Shown: positions 40,414 through 50,374, counted from the first letter of the stretch. The stretch: 64,000 nt of DNA from Chloroflexota bacterium (GCA_964291655.2 OZ219802.1:992001-1056000), one strand, 5' to 3'. Numbers and translations are program-made. The notes: generated by a model from the letters alone, not told the origin.

Positions 40414-41859
40414 CTATCCACGTGCCAGACGGGAATATTGCTCGCGTCCGGTGTTGAAGATTTCCAGCATGCGTTGCCGCTGGTCGTTATGGTCGAAGCG
40501 GCCTTTTGTTGAAATCCATGCGATAGCGCGCTCGATTGCTGCCACGAAGAACTCAGCCGACGCCCTGGTAGCCGGGTTGAAGCCGCCTGCTTGCACGTAC
40601 ACCGGACTAGTGTGGGCCCATTGCGCATGGCCGTAACTATCGCGCTGCCGACCCCAGCAGCGCGCGGCAATCCAACTGTCATTTGGTACCGTCAAGCGAG
40701 TGCGCAAGACGCCCTCACGCAGGCCGTCACCGTATTCCTCCCGCGCCACCACCTCCCCGTTGCAGATGAGTTCGATGCGTTGCACCGGCCGCAATGCCTG
40801 CCAGCGCACAAAGGTATTCACCTGCTTGCGTCTGCTGGTGCGCATGTCCAGCACGCTGCCAGGCGGCTGGCCGGCAACGCGAAGAGTGAGCGATGGGCCG
40901 TTCGTTATGAACGTTGCCCCGCTCTTGAGACCATCCAACCACGTGTCGTACGAGAAAGAGTCCTCGAGCTGCACGTACACCCGGTTCGCTGAGCACACAA
41001 ACCAGTCTGAGCCGGTGCTGACCGGCAGTTGAAATCCGCAATTGAGCAGGTGGTACCACAGATCGTACTCGGGGTCCGACCAGTAGGGGTCAAAGAGATT
41101 CAGGGCATCCAGCCGCCCCAAACCGGCGGCAATGGGCGCCTCCATTCCCTGGCCGTTGTGACACCAGATCGTCACTCCGCCCTGCTCCTGCGCGGCGGTA
41201 CAGGCATCGATGAGGGGCGGGTAGTCCGGCGCTGATTCATCCACCAGCACACCGCGACTCAGTGGCTCCACGTGCTCTTGCAGCCGCACCAGCATCACAT
41301 GGCCGTAGCCGATATCCCAAGGGGTGCGATTGTGACGAGATTCCTCACCTACGTCCAGCACGTGTCCCGGCGTGGTGGGGTGCTCCATTTGTCCCACTGG
41401 AAAGCGATTTGTCGCGTACTCCAATTCCTGGCGCTGCAGCACGCTGATGATGGTCACGGTGAGGTCTTCTACTGTGGAGTCGAAGCGCAGGCGTTCCTCC
41501 GGCCGGCTTTCAAACTCACGGTAGTGGATGTGGGTATTGCCGGGGTAGAGACCTTGCTTGGGCAGACTTATCCAGCGCTGGAGCGGCATTTCGAGGTTGA
41601 CCGTGCCTTGTGTTGGGAGGTCTACGGTCATTTCGAGCGGCGCGTACTCGGTTCCTCGCTCCACGCGCACGTCCACCTGTCCCCGCGGGCCCTCGAGCGT
41701 GAAAGCGCCGTCGCAGTAGAAGAACGGGTTGGTCGTGCCAACGGTCTCCAAGCTGTCTTCAGGGACAAGGAATCTGCCCTGACTGCTTTGCACCGAGACC
41801 TTCGCTGCCAGCGGGCTGCCGGTAGATGCATCGTGAATTGTGCCCGTAAGAGTTGCCAC
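40414..41859 (-). CDS. CehA/McbA-like PHP-type metallohydrolase
   Basis: VERGTEY, GNTHIH, GEE..H, YGHV, STGSDW, TNGP, AHTSPVYV. Confidence 0.8.
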   Translation of the reverse strand: MATLTGTIHDASTGSPLAAKVSVQSSQGRFLVPEDSLETVGTTNPFFYCDGAFTLEGPRGQVDVRVERGTEYAPLEMTVDLPTQGTVNLEMPLQRWISLPKQGLYPGNTHIHYREFESRPEERLRFDSTVEDLTVTIISVLQRQELEYATNRFPVGQMEHPTTPGHVLDVGEESRHNRTPWDIGYGHVMLVRLQEHVEPLSRGVLVDESAPDYPPLIDACTAAQEQGGVTIWCHNGQGMEAPIAAGLGRLDALNLFDPYWSDPEYDLWYHLLNCGFQLPVSTGSDWFVCSANRVYVQLEDSFSYDTWLDGLKSGATFITNGPSLTLRVAGQPPGSVLDMRTSRRKQVNTFVRWQALRPVQRIELICNGEVVAREEYGDGLREGVLRTRLTVPNDSWIAARCWGRQRDSYGHAQWAHTSPVYVQAGGFNPATRASAEFFVAAIERAIAWISTKGRFDHNDQRQRMLEIFNTGREQYSRLARG

Positions 41860-41947
41860 CGTTATCTCTTCTCCCTGATTGAGCCCATCGCATGACCCGC
41901 GCCGGCCGCCATGAAGACCTAAATCTCCAAGAATGCCGTTGGAAGTC

Positions 41948-42080
41948 TTGTTACCTCTCCCTCCCCAGGAGCAAGACTTGCCCTTCTCACTCCGCTAGCA
42001 CAAGAGCTTCCCTCTCGCACTCCCTAGGCGCGAGACTTGCTCCCTCTCCCTTAGGCGTATAACTTGCTCCCTCTCCCTTA
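41948..42080 (+). repeat. Degenerate ~27-30-bp tandem repeat (cttgctccctctcccttaggcgtataa type)
   Basis: About 5 units; the array continues at 43588-43622 beyond the MITE. Confidence 0.7.
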
Positions 42081-42134
42081 GGAGACCTCTGCATAACCCC
42101 ACTTTCAATCAGGGGCACTCCCTCTCCTGGGGGA

Positions 42135-43399
42135 TGTATAGACCGGGTACATGGGTTACACATGTTCGGGCACATAGGTTACACCTTAAGGCATGGAGAT
42201 TCTTACAGATGGAGGAGCGCCATGCCTTGGAAGGAGAGTACGGTTGTGTCTGAACGCAAGGAGTTCATTGCACTGGCACTGATGGAAGGGGCCAACATCA
42301 GCGAGCTGTGTCGCCGTCTGGAGATCAGTCGCAAGACGGCGTACAAGACGCTGGAGCGGTATGCGAAAGCTGGCGAAGACGGTTTGCACGACCGGTCGCG
42401 GCGGCCGCACACGTGTCCGCACCGCACGCGCCCGGCGCTGGAGGAACGCATCATCGCCTTGCGCCTGGCGCATCCGAAGAAAGGCGCACACGTGCTGCGC
42501 CGGATGCTGCAGGACCAGGGGGTCACCGACGTGCCGGCCAAGAGCACCATCCACGCTGTGCTCACACGCCATGGGCTCATTGATCCCACAGAGAGCGCCA
42601 AGCACACGCCCCATGTGCGCTTCGAACGACCCCAGCCCAACGAGCTGTGGCAGATGGACTTCAAGGGACATTTCGTCATGCAGCAGAACCGCTGTCATCC
42701 TCTCACCCTCCTAGACGATCACTCCCGCTTCAACCTCGGGTTACAGGCCTGTGCCAACGAGCGGGGAGAGACGGTCCAAGACCGCCTCACCGCTGTCTTT
42801 CGCCGCTACGGCTTGCCCCAGGCCATGCTCATGGACAACGGCTCTCCCTGGGGTAACGACAGTGCCCAGCCCTTCACGCCCCTCACCGTCTGGCTCATGC
42901 AGCTGGGCATCAACGTCCTGCACAGCCGACCCTACCATCCCCAGACACTCGGCAAGCTGGAACGCTTCCACCGCTCCCTCAAGAGCGAACTGCTGGCAGG
43001 GACCACCTTTACCGACCTGGACCATTGCCAGCGCGCCTTTGACACCTGGCGCCACTTCTACAACTTGGAACGCCCACACCATGCCCTCGATCTCGACACT
43101 CCCATTACCAGATACACGCCTAGTCCTCGCCCTTTCCCAGAGACCTTGCCTGCCCTCGCCTACGCTCCCGACGACCGCGTACGCAGCGTCGATGTCTCCG
43201 GCCGCATCTCCTTCCAAGGCAGACGGCTCCGTGTGGGCAGGGCCTTCACGCACAAGCAAGTCGCCCTGCGACCCACCCGAACGGACGGTGTCTGGGACGT
43301 GTACTTCTCGATCCAAAGAGTAAAAACCATAGACCTCAGAGCACAAAATGTGTAACCTATCTACCCGAACATCTGTTACCTATGTCCCCGGTCTGTACA
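42135..43399 (+). mobile_element. IS481-family insertion sequence, copy 2 (1265 bp)
   Basis: Nearly identical to copy 1; 5-bp duplication GGGGA. Confidence 0.95.
42222..43355 (+). CDS. IS481-family transposase
   Basis: Near-identical to 5636-6769. Confidence 0.95.
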   Translation: MPWKESTVVSERKEFIALALMEGANISELCRRLEISRKTAYKTLERYAKAGEDGLHDRSRRPHTCPHRTRPALEERIIALRLAHPKKGAHVLRRMLQDQGVTDVPAKSTIHAVLTRHGLIDPTESAKHTPHVRFERPQPNELWQMDFKGHFVMQQNRCHPLTLLDDHSRFNLGLQACANERGETVQDRLTAVFRRYGLPQAMLMDNGSPWGNDSAQPFTPLTVWLMQLGINVLHSRPYHPQTLGKLERFHRSLKSELLAGTTFTDLDHCQRAFDTWRHFYNLERPHHALDLDTPITRYTPSPRPFPETLPALAYAPDDRVRSVDVSGRISFQGRRLRVGRAFTHKQVALRPTRTDGVWDVYFSIQRVKTIDLRAQNV

Positions 43400-43622
43400 G
43401 GGGAGAGGGTCGGGGTGAGGGGAATCTTTTTGCTACAATGGCCCTTTACGCTGAGTAGTGTCAAGACGTATCAGGCAGAATCGGTGTGCATGTGGAGAGA
43501 CTTCAGGAGATTCACCCTCACCCTAGCCCTCTCCCGTCGAGGGAGAGGGAACACTCTCGCTTCCGCTTAGGTTTCGCAAAGGTCTCCTTATGGCGTATAA
43601 CTTCCTCCCTCTCCTGGGGGAG

Positions 43623-44887
43623 TGTATAGACCGGGTTGATGGGTAACGCTTGTTCGGGTTGATAGGTTACACCTATAGGCATGGAGAATCTTGCAGCGGG
43701 AGGATGACCATGTCGTGGAAGGTGGAAACGCTTATGTCTGCCCGGGAAGAGTTTATTGCTCTGGCCAATAGTGGCGCGGTGAGAATGAGCGAATTGTGCG
43801 GTCGGTTCAACATCAGCCGCAAGACTGGCTACAAGTGGTTGCGGCGGTACGCGTCGGGGGGAGCGCAGAGCCTGCGTGACCGTTCGCACCGCACGCACAC
43901 GTGTCCGCACCGCACGCGCCCGGCGATGGAGGAACGCATCATCGCGCTGCGTCTGGCGCATCCTACGAAGGGCGCCCATGTGCTGCGCAGAATGCTGCAG
44001 AACCAGGGGCATACTGACGTGCCGGCCAAGAGCACCATCAATGCCATTCTCAAACGCCATGGGCTCATCGACCCGGCCCAGAGCGCCAAGCACACGCCCC
44101 ATGTGCGCTTCGAACGACCCCAGCCCAACGAGCTGTGGCAGATGGACTTCAAGGGACATTTCGTCATGCAGCAGAACCGCTGCCATCCGCTTACCCTCCT
44201 GGACGATCATTCCCGCTTCAACCTAGGTTTACAGGCCTGCGCCAACGAGCGGGGAGAGACGGTTCAAGACCGCCTCACCACTGTCTTTCGGCGCTACGGC
44301 CTGCCCCAGGCCATGCTCATGGATAACGGCTCCCCCTGGGGCAACGACAGTGCCCAGCCTTTTACGCCCCTCACCGTCTGGCTCATGCAGCTGGGCATCA
44401 GCGTGCTCCACAGTAGACCCTATCATCCCCAGACACTCGGCAAGCTGGAACGCTTCCACCGCTCGCTCAAGAGCGAACTGCTGGCAGGAACCAGCTTCAC
44501 CGACCTGGAGCACTGCCAGGGCGCCTTCGACACCTGGCGCGACTTCTACAACTTGGAACGCCCCCATCATGCCCTCGATCTCGACACACCCATCACCAGA
44601 TACACGCCTAGTCCGCGCCCCTTCCCTGAGACGTTGCCTGCCCTCGACTACGCTCCTGACGACCACGTGCGCAGCGTCGATGTCTCCGGTCGCATCTCCT
44701 TCCAGGGCAGACGGCTCCGTGTGGGCAGGGCCTTCACCCACAAACAGGTCGCACTCAGGCCTGCCCAAACCGACGGCATCTGGAACGTGCACTTCTCAAT
44801 ACAACGCATCAAAACCATAGACCTCAGAGAACAAAATGTGTAACCTATCAACCCGAACACCTGTTACCTATCAGCCCAGTCTGTACA
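43623..44887 (+). mobile_element. IS481-family insertion sequence, variant copy 3 (1265 bp)
   Basis: TGT...ACA ends; 6-bp duplication GGGGAG. Confidence 0.95.
43710..44843 (+). CDS. IS481-family transposase (variant N-terminus)
   Basis: Same core as copies 1/2; divergent HTH. Confidence 0.95.
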   Translation: MSWKVETLMSAREEFIALANSGAVRMSELCGRFNISRKTGYKWLRRYASGGAQSLRDRSHRTHTCPHRTRPAMEERIIALRLAHPTKGAHVLRRMLQNQGHTDVPAKSTINAILKRHGLIDPAQSAKHTPHVRFERPQPNELWQMDFKGHFVMQQNRCHPLTLLDDHSRFNLGLQACANERGETVQDRLTTVFRRYGLPQAMLMDNGSPWGNDSAQPFTPLTVWLMQLGISVLHSRPYHPQTLGKLERFHRSLKSELLAGTSFTDLEHCQGAFDTWRDFYNLERPHHALDLDTPITRYTPSPRPFPETLPALDYAPDDHVRSVDVSGRISFQGRRLRVGRAFTHKQVALRPAQTDGIWNVHFSIQRIKTIDLREQNV

Positions 44888-45101
44888 GGGGAGAGGGCCG
44901 GGGTGGGGGGGATCGGGTGCCCATCTACCCCAATTCCATTTGCATGCCAGAGCTACACAAGTGCCTGCTTGTGCGTTCAGGCAACTACCATTGCTGCAGA
45001 CCTGTCCGCCTTCTTTCAAGATCAGGATACACAACCTGCGCGGCTACGGTATACACCTGTGGCAGTGATCCTGCCGCATGGCACATCGAGCCGCGTCACG
45101 C

Positions 45102-46283
45102 TCATTCGAAGGGAAACTTTCGCTTGGCTGCCTCCAGATCAATGTCCACACCCAAGCCGGGCCCATCTGGAATCGTCACGCAGCCCTCACTGTCTATCGA
45201 AGGCGGCGGTGCGATCAGTTCGGTAAAGAGCGGATTGCCGCCCTGGCGAAACTCGATGATCGGACAATTGGGCAGTGCCGCCGCCAGTTGCATGCTGGCA
45301 TAGAAGAGGAGCGCCGATCCCCAAATGTGCGGGGCCACCTGCAGATTTGCCGCATGTGCCAGGGTGCCAATGCGGCGTGCTGCTGTAAACCCGCCGACCA
45401 CCGCAAGATCGGGTTGCAGGATGTCTGCCGCCTCGCGCGCGATGATGTCGCGAAAATCGAAGTGGGTGAAGTCATTCTCACCGGTTGAAATGGGAATTGA
45501 CGTTGCCTGTCGCACCCGTCGCATTCCATTCCAGTTGTCGCTGCTCACCGGCTCCTCGAACCAGTCAATATCATATTCCTCAGCCGCCTGCGCCAAGCGA
45601 ATCGCCTGGCCCTCATTAAGGGAACCGTGGGCGTCCAGCATGATTCTGTTGTCGGGTCCGACAGCCTCCCGTACGGCGCGAATGCGCGCGATGCCGTCCT
45701 TAACGATGCGGGGCGCATCCATGGCGCCCACGCGCATCTTCACTGCCCGAAAGCCCTGTGCAATGTAGCCCAGCGCCTCATCTCCCGCGCCGTCCGCGTC
45801 AGCGTGACCGCCGCTCGCATACGTTGGCAAGCGCGAGCGGTACCCGCCGCCCAGCAGCTTATAGATCGGCACACCGAGCGACCGGGCAAAAATGTCCCAA
45901 AGCGCCATGTCAATGCCACCCATAGCGCAAATGGTCACACCCCGGCGGCCCATGCGCGGCGCACTCTGTCCGTAGGTGAGCGCAATGTCCAGGCGCGGGC
46001 CGTTGTACATCTTTTCCCAGACATACTCAGGCTGCGTGGGGTCTTGACCAATAATCTCCGGTCCGAGTTCCCGCTCGACAATGGCTTGCAATGAATAGCA
46101 CGCGCCTCGCGTGTAGCCATAGCCCGGATGAACCTCGCCATGGCCGACGAGCCCGTCGTCCGTCTCGATCCTTACAATGATGGCGTGTGTCTCGTCGTGA
46201 TGCCCATAGTCCGAGGGCCGCTCGCGGCCGCTGCCCTGCACCGGCCACCGCAGCGGCACTGCCTCTACCGTGCGGATCTTCAT
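45102..46283 (-). CDS. Mandelate racemase/muconate lactonizing enzyme family protein
   Basis: IDMALWD, KMRVG, MLDAH, WFEEP, TGEN, QPD, APH. Confidence 0.92.
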   Translation of the reverse strand: MKIRTVEAVPLRWPVQGSGRERPSDYGHHDETHAIIVRIETDDGLVGHGEVHPGYGYTRGACYSLQAIVERELGPEIIGQDPTQPEYVWEKMYNGPRLDIALTYGQSAPRMGRRGVTICAMGGIDMALWDIFARSLGVPIYKLLGGGYRSRLPTYASGGHADADGAGDEALGYIAQGFRAVKMRVGAMDAPRIVKDGIARIRAVREAVGPDNRIMLDAHGSLNEGQAIRLAQAAEEYDIDWFEEPVSSDNWNGMRRVRQATSIPISTGENDFTHFDFRDIIAREAADILQPDLAVVGGFTAARRIGTLAHAANLQVAPHIWGSALLFYASMQLAAALPNCPIIEFRQGGNPLFTELIAPPPSIDSEGCVTIPDGPGLGVDIDLEAAKRKFPFE

Positions 46284-46692
46284 GCGCTCTTCCTCATGGA
46301 AACACCCATTCTCGTTGACGACGCTCGCGCTTTCCCTCGCGCGGCTCACGCGGAGCGATGCGGTAGACAGCAGAGCCTACTGCATCTTGCGTCCAGCCAC
46401 GCACACATTGTAGCATTGCGTTTCAGACCGGTCTGCCCGCGGGCGCCGGGAACGAGCGCAGAGTTGTGGCGTGTGGTTGTCACTGCCAAACCGAAAACCC
46501 TTATAATGTGTAGTTAACTGGGACAGGGAAATCTCGAAAGCTCTGCACGGTGTTATTCACGGATAGGCTGAAAGTCGAAGACAACGTAGAGTTCTGTATC
46601 GCGGTATCCACGGCTGATCCCGCGCACAAGGAAGTGACCGGCACTGTTTAACTGGAAGTACAGCGTCCGTGCCGGTGGGAGGAAAGTGTTCA

Positions 46693-47535
46693 ATGGGAGA
46701 TATGCAAGCAACGGATCACTCCTTCGAGCCATTCGCTCGGCATGAATTCTATCGTGAAACCAACACACGACTGGTTGAATCCGCCCTAGGCTTTCTCGAG
46801 CGGCTTGATCCGACCGTGCAGCGGCGCATCGTGGACCTGGGCTGCGGCACCGGCGCCATTACGCGGCTGGTCCTCACCAAAGTGCAGGATCTCGGGCTGA
46901 AAGCACAGATTCTGGGGATAGACCCTTCTCCCTTGGCGTTGGAGAAGGCACGGCAGAGCGTTACCAGTACCATGGTCAAGTTTCTCAATGGCAGCGCCGA
47001 AAACGTATCCCAATTGGTCTCTTCTGCCGACGCGCTCTTCTTCTGCAATGCCATTCACCTGATCGAGGACAAACAGGCTGTCTTGCGGGAGGTCGGCAAG
47101 GCCCTCAATCCCGGCGGTGTCATTGCCTTCAATACGACGTTCTTCGACGGGGCCTACCTTCCCATTACAGAGAAGGCCAATCGTATATGGATCGTCCGTG
47201 CAGTGCAGAAGCTGCGGCGAGAGTACCCCAATGTCAAAGTCGTCAAGGATGCAAAGACAACCGCCATGCGCTGGCTCTCCCCGGATCAATACGAAGCGCT
47301 GCTCGGAGAGAACGGCTTTGCCGTTACCCACATGGAGTGCCGGCAAGTCGAAATGACTCAGGAAAGCCTGGAAGACATTAGCGATTACTCTCTCTTCATC
47401 GAAGGAGTCTTGCCCAGCGTGCCGTTGGACATAGGCGCCGAGGTGCTCAAGCACGGCATCCGGGAAGCGCTAAAGGAGTTGAAACTTACCACGGTGCCCC
47501 GCTACTGGCTGCAGGTTGTCGCCGAAAAGACGTGA
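46693..47535 (+). CDS. Class I SAM-dependent methyltransferase
   Basis: VDLGCGTG, GIDPS, NAIHL, LNPGG. Confidence 0.9.
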   Translation: MGDMQATDHSFEPFARHEFYRETNTRLVESALGFLERLDPTVQRRIVDLGCGTGAITRLVLTKVQDLGLKAQILGIDPSPLALEKARQSVTSTMVKFLNGSAENVSQLVSSADALFFCNAIHLIEDKQAVLREVGKALNPGGVIAFNTTFFDGAYLPITEKANRIWIVRAVQKLRREYPNVKVVKDAKTTAMRWLSPDQYEALLGENGFAVTHMECRQVEMTQESLEDISDYSLFIEGVLPSVPLDIGAEVLKHGIREALKELKLTTVPRYWLQVVAEKT

Positions 47536-47904
47536 CGCTTTTCGCTCCGCAACGGTCTGAGCTTGCCGTAGAGCGTAACCGGCGCATTCGCGAGTTGTCC
47601 CTTTTGGTGACGTTTGCGCAACCACAGCGAGCAGCAGGAGTCCTCTCTATTGCGGGCAATGAACTGTCCGCACAACCTGGAGGGGACTCCCTCTCCCTCG
47701 GAGACTCTTGCTCAGTCCAAGTCGGCAGCCAAAGTGACTCCCTCTCTCTGGGGAGAAAGCCGGGGTGAGGGGGAACTTTGCTTGAACCGTCCCCAAGACC
47801 GTTAGTCTAGTTCAAGTACGCTAGAACTAGCTGAGGCCTCGGGTCTCAACCGCCACTACAGAAACGTAATGTCCAGCCAAGCTCTCCCGCAACGCACTGA
47901 GAAT

Positions 47905-48663
47905 ATGGAACAACATCTCGCCGGCAAAACGGCGCTCGTAACGGGAGCCTCGCGTGGCATCGGGCGCACTATAGCGCTCCATCTCGCCGCAGCCGGCGCT
48001 AACGTAGCGATCAATTACCAGGTCAACGAAGAAGCCGCGTTCGAAACTGTAGCGCAGATCCAAAGCGATGGCGGCAACGCGATGGCAGTCAGCGGGGACG
48101 TGCGGGACGCCGCAGCGGTCACGTCTGTCGTAGACGAAACCCTGAGCCGGTTCGACAGCATCCACGTCTTGGTGAACAATGCCGGCATCACCAAAGATAC
48201 TCTCGTCCTCAAGATGAGCGAAGATGACTGGGACCTGGTAGTAGACACCAACCTGCGCGGCGCCTTTCTCTGCACCCGCGCGGCGTTGCGCCCCATGCTG
48301 GCGCAGCGCTGGGGCCGCATAGTCAACATCACGTCGGTCGGCTGGTTGGTCGGCAATCCCGGGCAAGCGAACTACACTGCCGCTAAGGCCGGAGTCGTCG
48401 CGTTAACCCGCTCCACAGCCGTGGAGATGGGCAGCAGGGGTATCACGGTCAATGCTATCGCGCCCGGTTACATCCCCACCGACCTGACCCACGACATACC
48501 GCCGCACCTCATGGATCGCCTTATGCAGAAGCTTCCCATCAAGCGCGCGGGAACTCCCGAGGAGATTGCTGCGCTCGTCGGATACTTGACGAGTGATTCT
48601 GCCTCGTACATCACCGGCCAAGTGATCCACATTGACGGTGGTCTGACGGCGGGGCTGCTCTAA
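47905..48663 (+). CDS. fabG: 3-oxoacyl-ACP reductase (SDR)
   Basis: TGASRGIG, NNAGITKD, GNPGQANYTAAK, IAPGYI, GQVIHIDGG. Confidence 0.88.
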   Translation: MEQHLAGKTALVTGASRGIGRTIALHLAAAGANVAINYQVNEEAAFETVAQIQSDGGNAMAVSGDVRDAAAVTSVVDETLSRFDSIHVLVNNAGITKDTLVLKMSEDDWDLVVDTNLRGAFLCTRAALRPMLAQRWGRIVNITSVGWLVGNPGQANYTAAKAGVVALTRSTAVEMGSRGITVNAIAPGYIPTDLTHDIPPHLMDRLMQKLPIKRAGTPEEIAALVGYLTSDSASYITGQVIHIDGGLTAGLL

Positions 48664-49139
48664 CTGCTGACCGCAGAGTGGGTCATTCACCCTTAGTGCA
48701 GTTCTCATTCCTGTATTGTTCAATGCTGCGCAGTATTTCTCTGAATTGCAGTTCTTTGACTTGCCGCAAGATTGCGACTGTGTTAGACTAATTACGTTCA
48801 CATCTTTTGCTCCCTTCTTTCTTTTATTTTCCATCCTTTCTCTTTTTTCCTTGTTTTCTCTTCATTAATTCAGATTATCTTTCGGAATCGTGTGAATATA
48901 ACCCATTGACATTGGGTGTCTTCTCTCCTGAGTCGCAGTTCGCACGAGCTATTCCATGTCCAGATTATCTCTCTCGTTTACTGTCTCGTTGAACCAACGA
49001 GACACCTAGTTACTCCCCTCCGAAACAGTCCAGCGCCGCGTCTAAGTCAAGGGGCGACGTCGCGAATCCCAGCTTCTTTCCTGTCCGAGACTTCGACCTC
49101 CCTATGAGTCATTCCTATCAAACTGCAGGAGTTCAGCCT

Positions 49140-50075
49140 ATGCGATCGGTGGTTATACTTGCAGCATTCTTCCTCACCTTCTTAGCAACAACACCTACAG
49201 CCTTTGCCGGCGCCGGACCACCTACAGATACGAAAACTCTCGAGCGAAAACTCACGTTTACCTTGACGCTGAGCCAATCGTCCATGAAAGCGGATGCCGG
49301 CCTCGTCAACGTGACCGCGACCATTAATTTCGTCACTACGTTCGACACGGATGAAAATGTAACCATCACAATTGGCAAAGCGCATGACAACGCCAAGCCC
49401 GGCCGCGATTTTACCGTTAACGCGGACAAGCTTACCGTCACAATTCCCGCCGGACAGACCAGCGGAACAGTGGAATTTCAACTCACACCCGTCGCCACGG
49501 GCTCTCAGAGTACGAGACGGATTACCGTATCTGCATCCGGCGACCGCTTGCTCTACCTGGAAGGGTATGTCTTCATCGAGCCTGTCCCGCCTCCGGCCAC
49601 GCCCACGGTTGCTCCGACACCGCAACCAGCATCGACAGAAGTTTTGCCCCAAAGTACCCCCACGGTAGTCTCCACACCAAGACCGCCGCCGAGGGCAACT
49701 CTGCCACAAAGGACGCCCAAGACTGTCGTCACGCCAAAACCGGTACCAACCGCCGCGCCGAGCGAGTCAAGACCGACATCGAGGTCAGATTCGACGATAG
49801 GCGGACGGAGTACTTCCGCGGCGGCGCCTGTACGTCAGGCAAGGTCTATCGGCTGCACAGATGAAGAGAGGAAAGATGCAACAGGCGTCCGGTCGGTGAA
49901 TCCCACAGGACCATACTGCGTACTCTTCTTTAACCACGACACACGCTGCTACATCATGGTGTATTGGCAAGCGCAGGAAAACGGCGTGTACGGGCACACT
50001 GTCCTCTACGAGGGCACCCGCGACGTGGACTTTGCCGACTTCCACCCTCAATGCACGGGACACATGTATCCGTGA
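49140..50075 (+). CDS. Secreted protein: Calx-beta/Ig-like domain, Pro/Thr linker, Cys-containing C-terminal domain
   Basis: Signal peptide ending AFA; AKPGRDF..VTIPAGQTSGT motif; PT-rich linker. Confidence 0.75.
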   Translation: MRSVVILAAFFLTFLATTPTAFAGAGPPTDTKTLERKLTFTLTLSQSSMKADAGLVNVTATINFVTTFDTDENVTITIGKAHDNAKPGRDFTVNADKLTVTIPAGQTSGTVEFQLTPVATGSQSTRRITVSASGDRLLYLEGYVFIEPVPPPATPTVAPTPQPASTEVLPQSTPTVVSTPRPPPRATLPQRTPKTVVTPKPVPTAAPSESRPTSRSDSTIGGRSTSAAAPVRQARSIGCTDEERKDATGVRSVNPTGPYCVLFFNHDTRCYIMVYWQAQENGVYGHTVLYEGTRDVDFADFHPQCTGHMYP

Positions 50076-50169
50076 CCGCTTCTCCGCTCGCATGAGTACA
50101 AGACGCATGGGAGGCACTCTGGCACGCGCAAAGTCACCGGCTGTGCCTCCTATCCCAACCCTACGCCAA

Positions 50170-50374
50170 GGCCGCCCGGCCCTCTCCAACGACCCGACCA
50201 ATGACATCCCGCCTCGCCCCCGTGGGCGTCCTCAATTTGTAGTTCCCCATCAAGTGCCTGGAAATCTGAGAGGTGATCGACACCCTCGTCACGCATTTCA
50301 CGACCGGAGCAGCCTCTTGCCTCACCGGTCAGGTAATCCACTTCGACGGCGGCCTAGCAGCAGGATTGCCCTAA
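50170..50374 (+). pseudogene. Decayed duplicate of fabG 3' end
   Basis: DPTNDIPP, FPIK, ASCLTGQVIHFDGGLAAGLP* versus FabG DLTHDIPP, LPIK, ASYITGQVIHIDGGLTAGLL*. Confidence 0.85.

Larger units (their letters stand above)
42081..43587. mobile_element. MITE (~237 bp empty) interrupted by IS481 copy 2
   Basis: GGAGACCTCTGCATAA...TTCGCAAAGGTCTCC with TTA/TTA duplication. Confidence 0.85.

Noticed and set aside
41948-42080. Regularly spaced short repeats resembling a CRISPR array (also 6824-7185)
   Set aside because: Units are degenerate tandem duplicates with homologous 'spacers'; no cas genes in the window.
42135-44887. Composite transposon formed by two IS481 copies
   Set aside because: Each copy has its own target duplication, so they are independent insertions.
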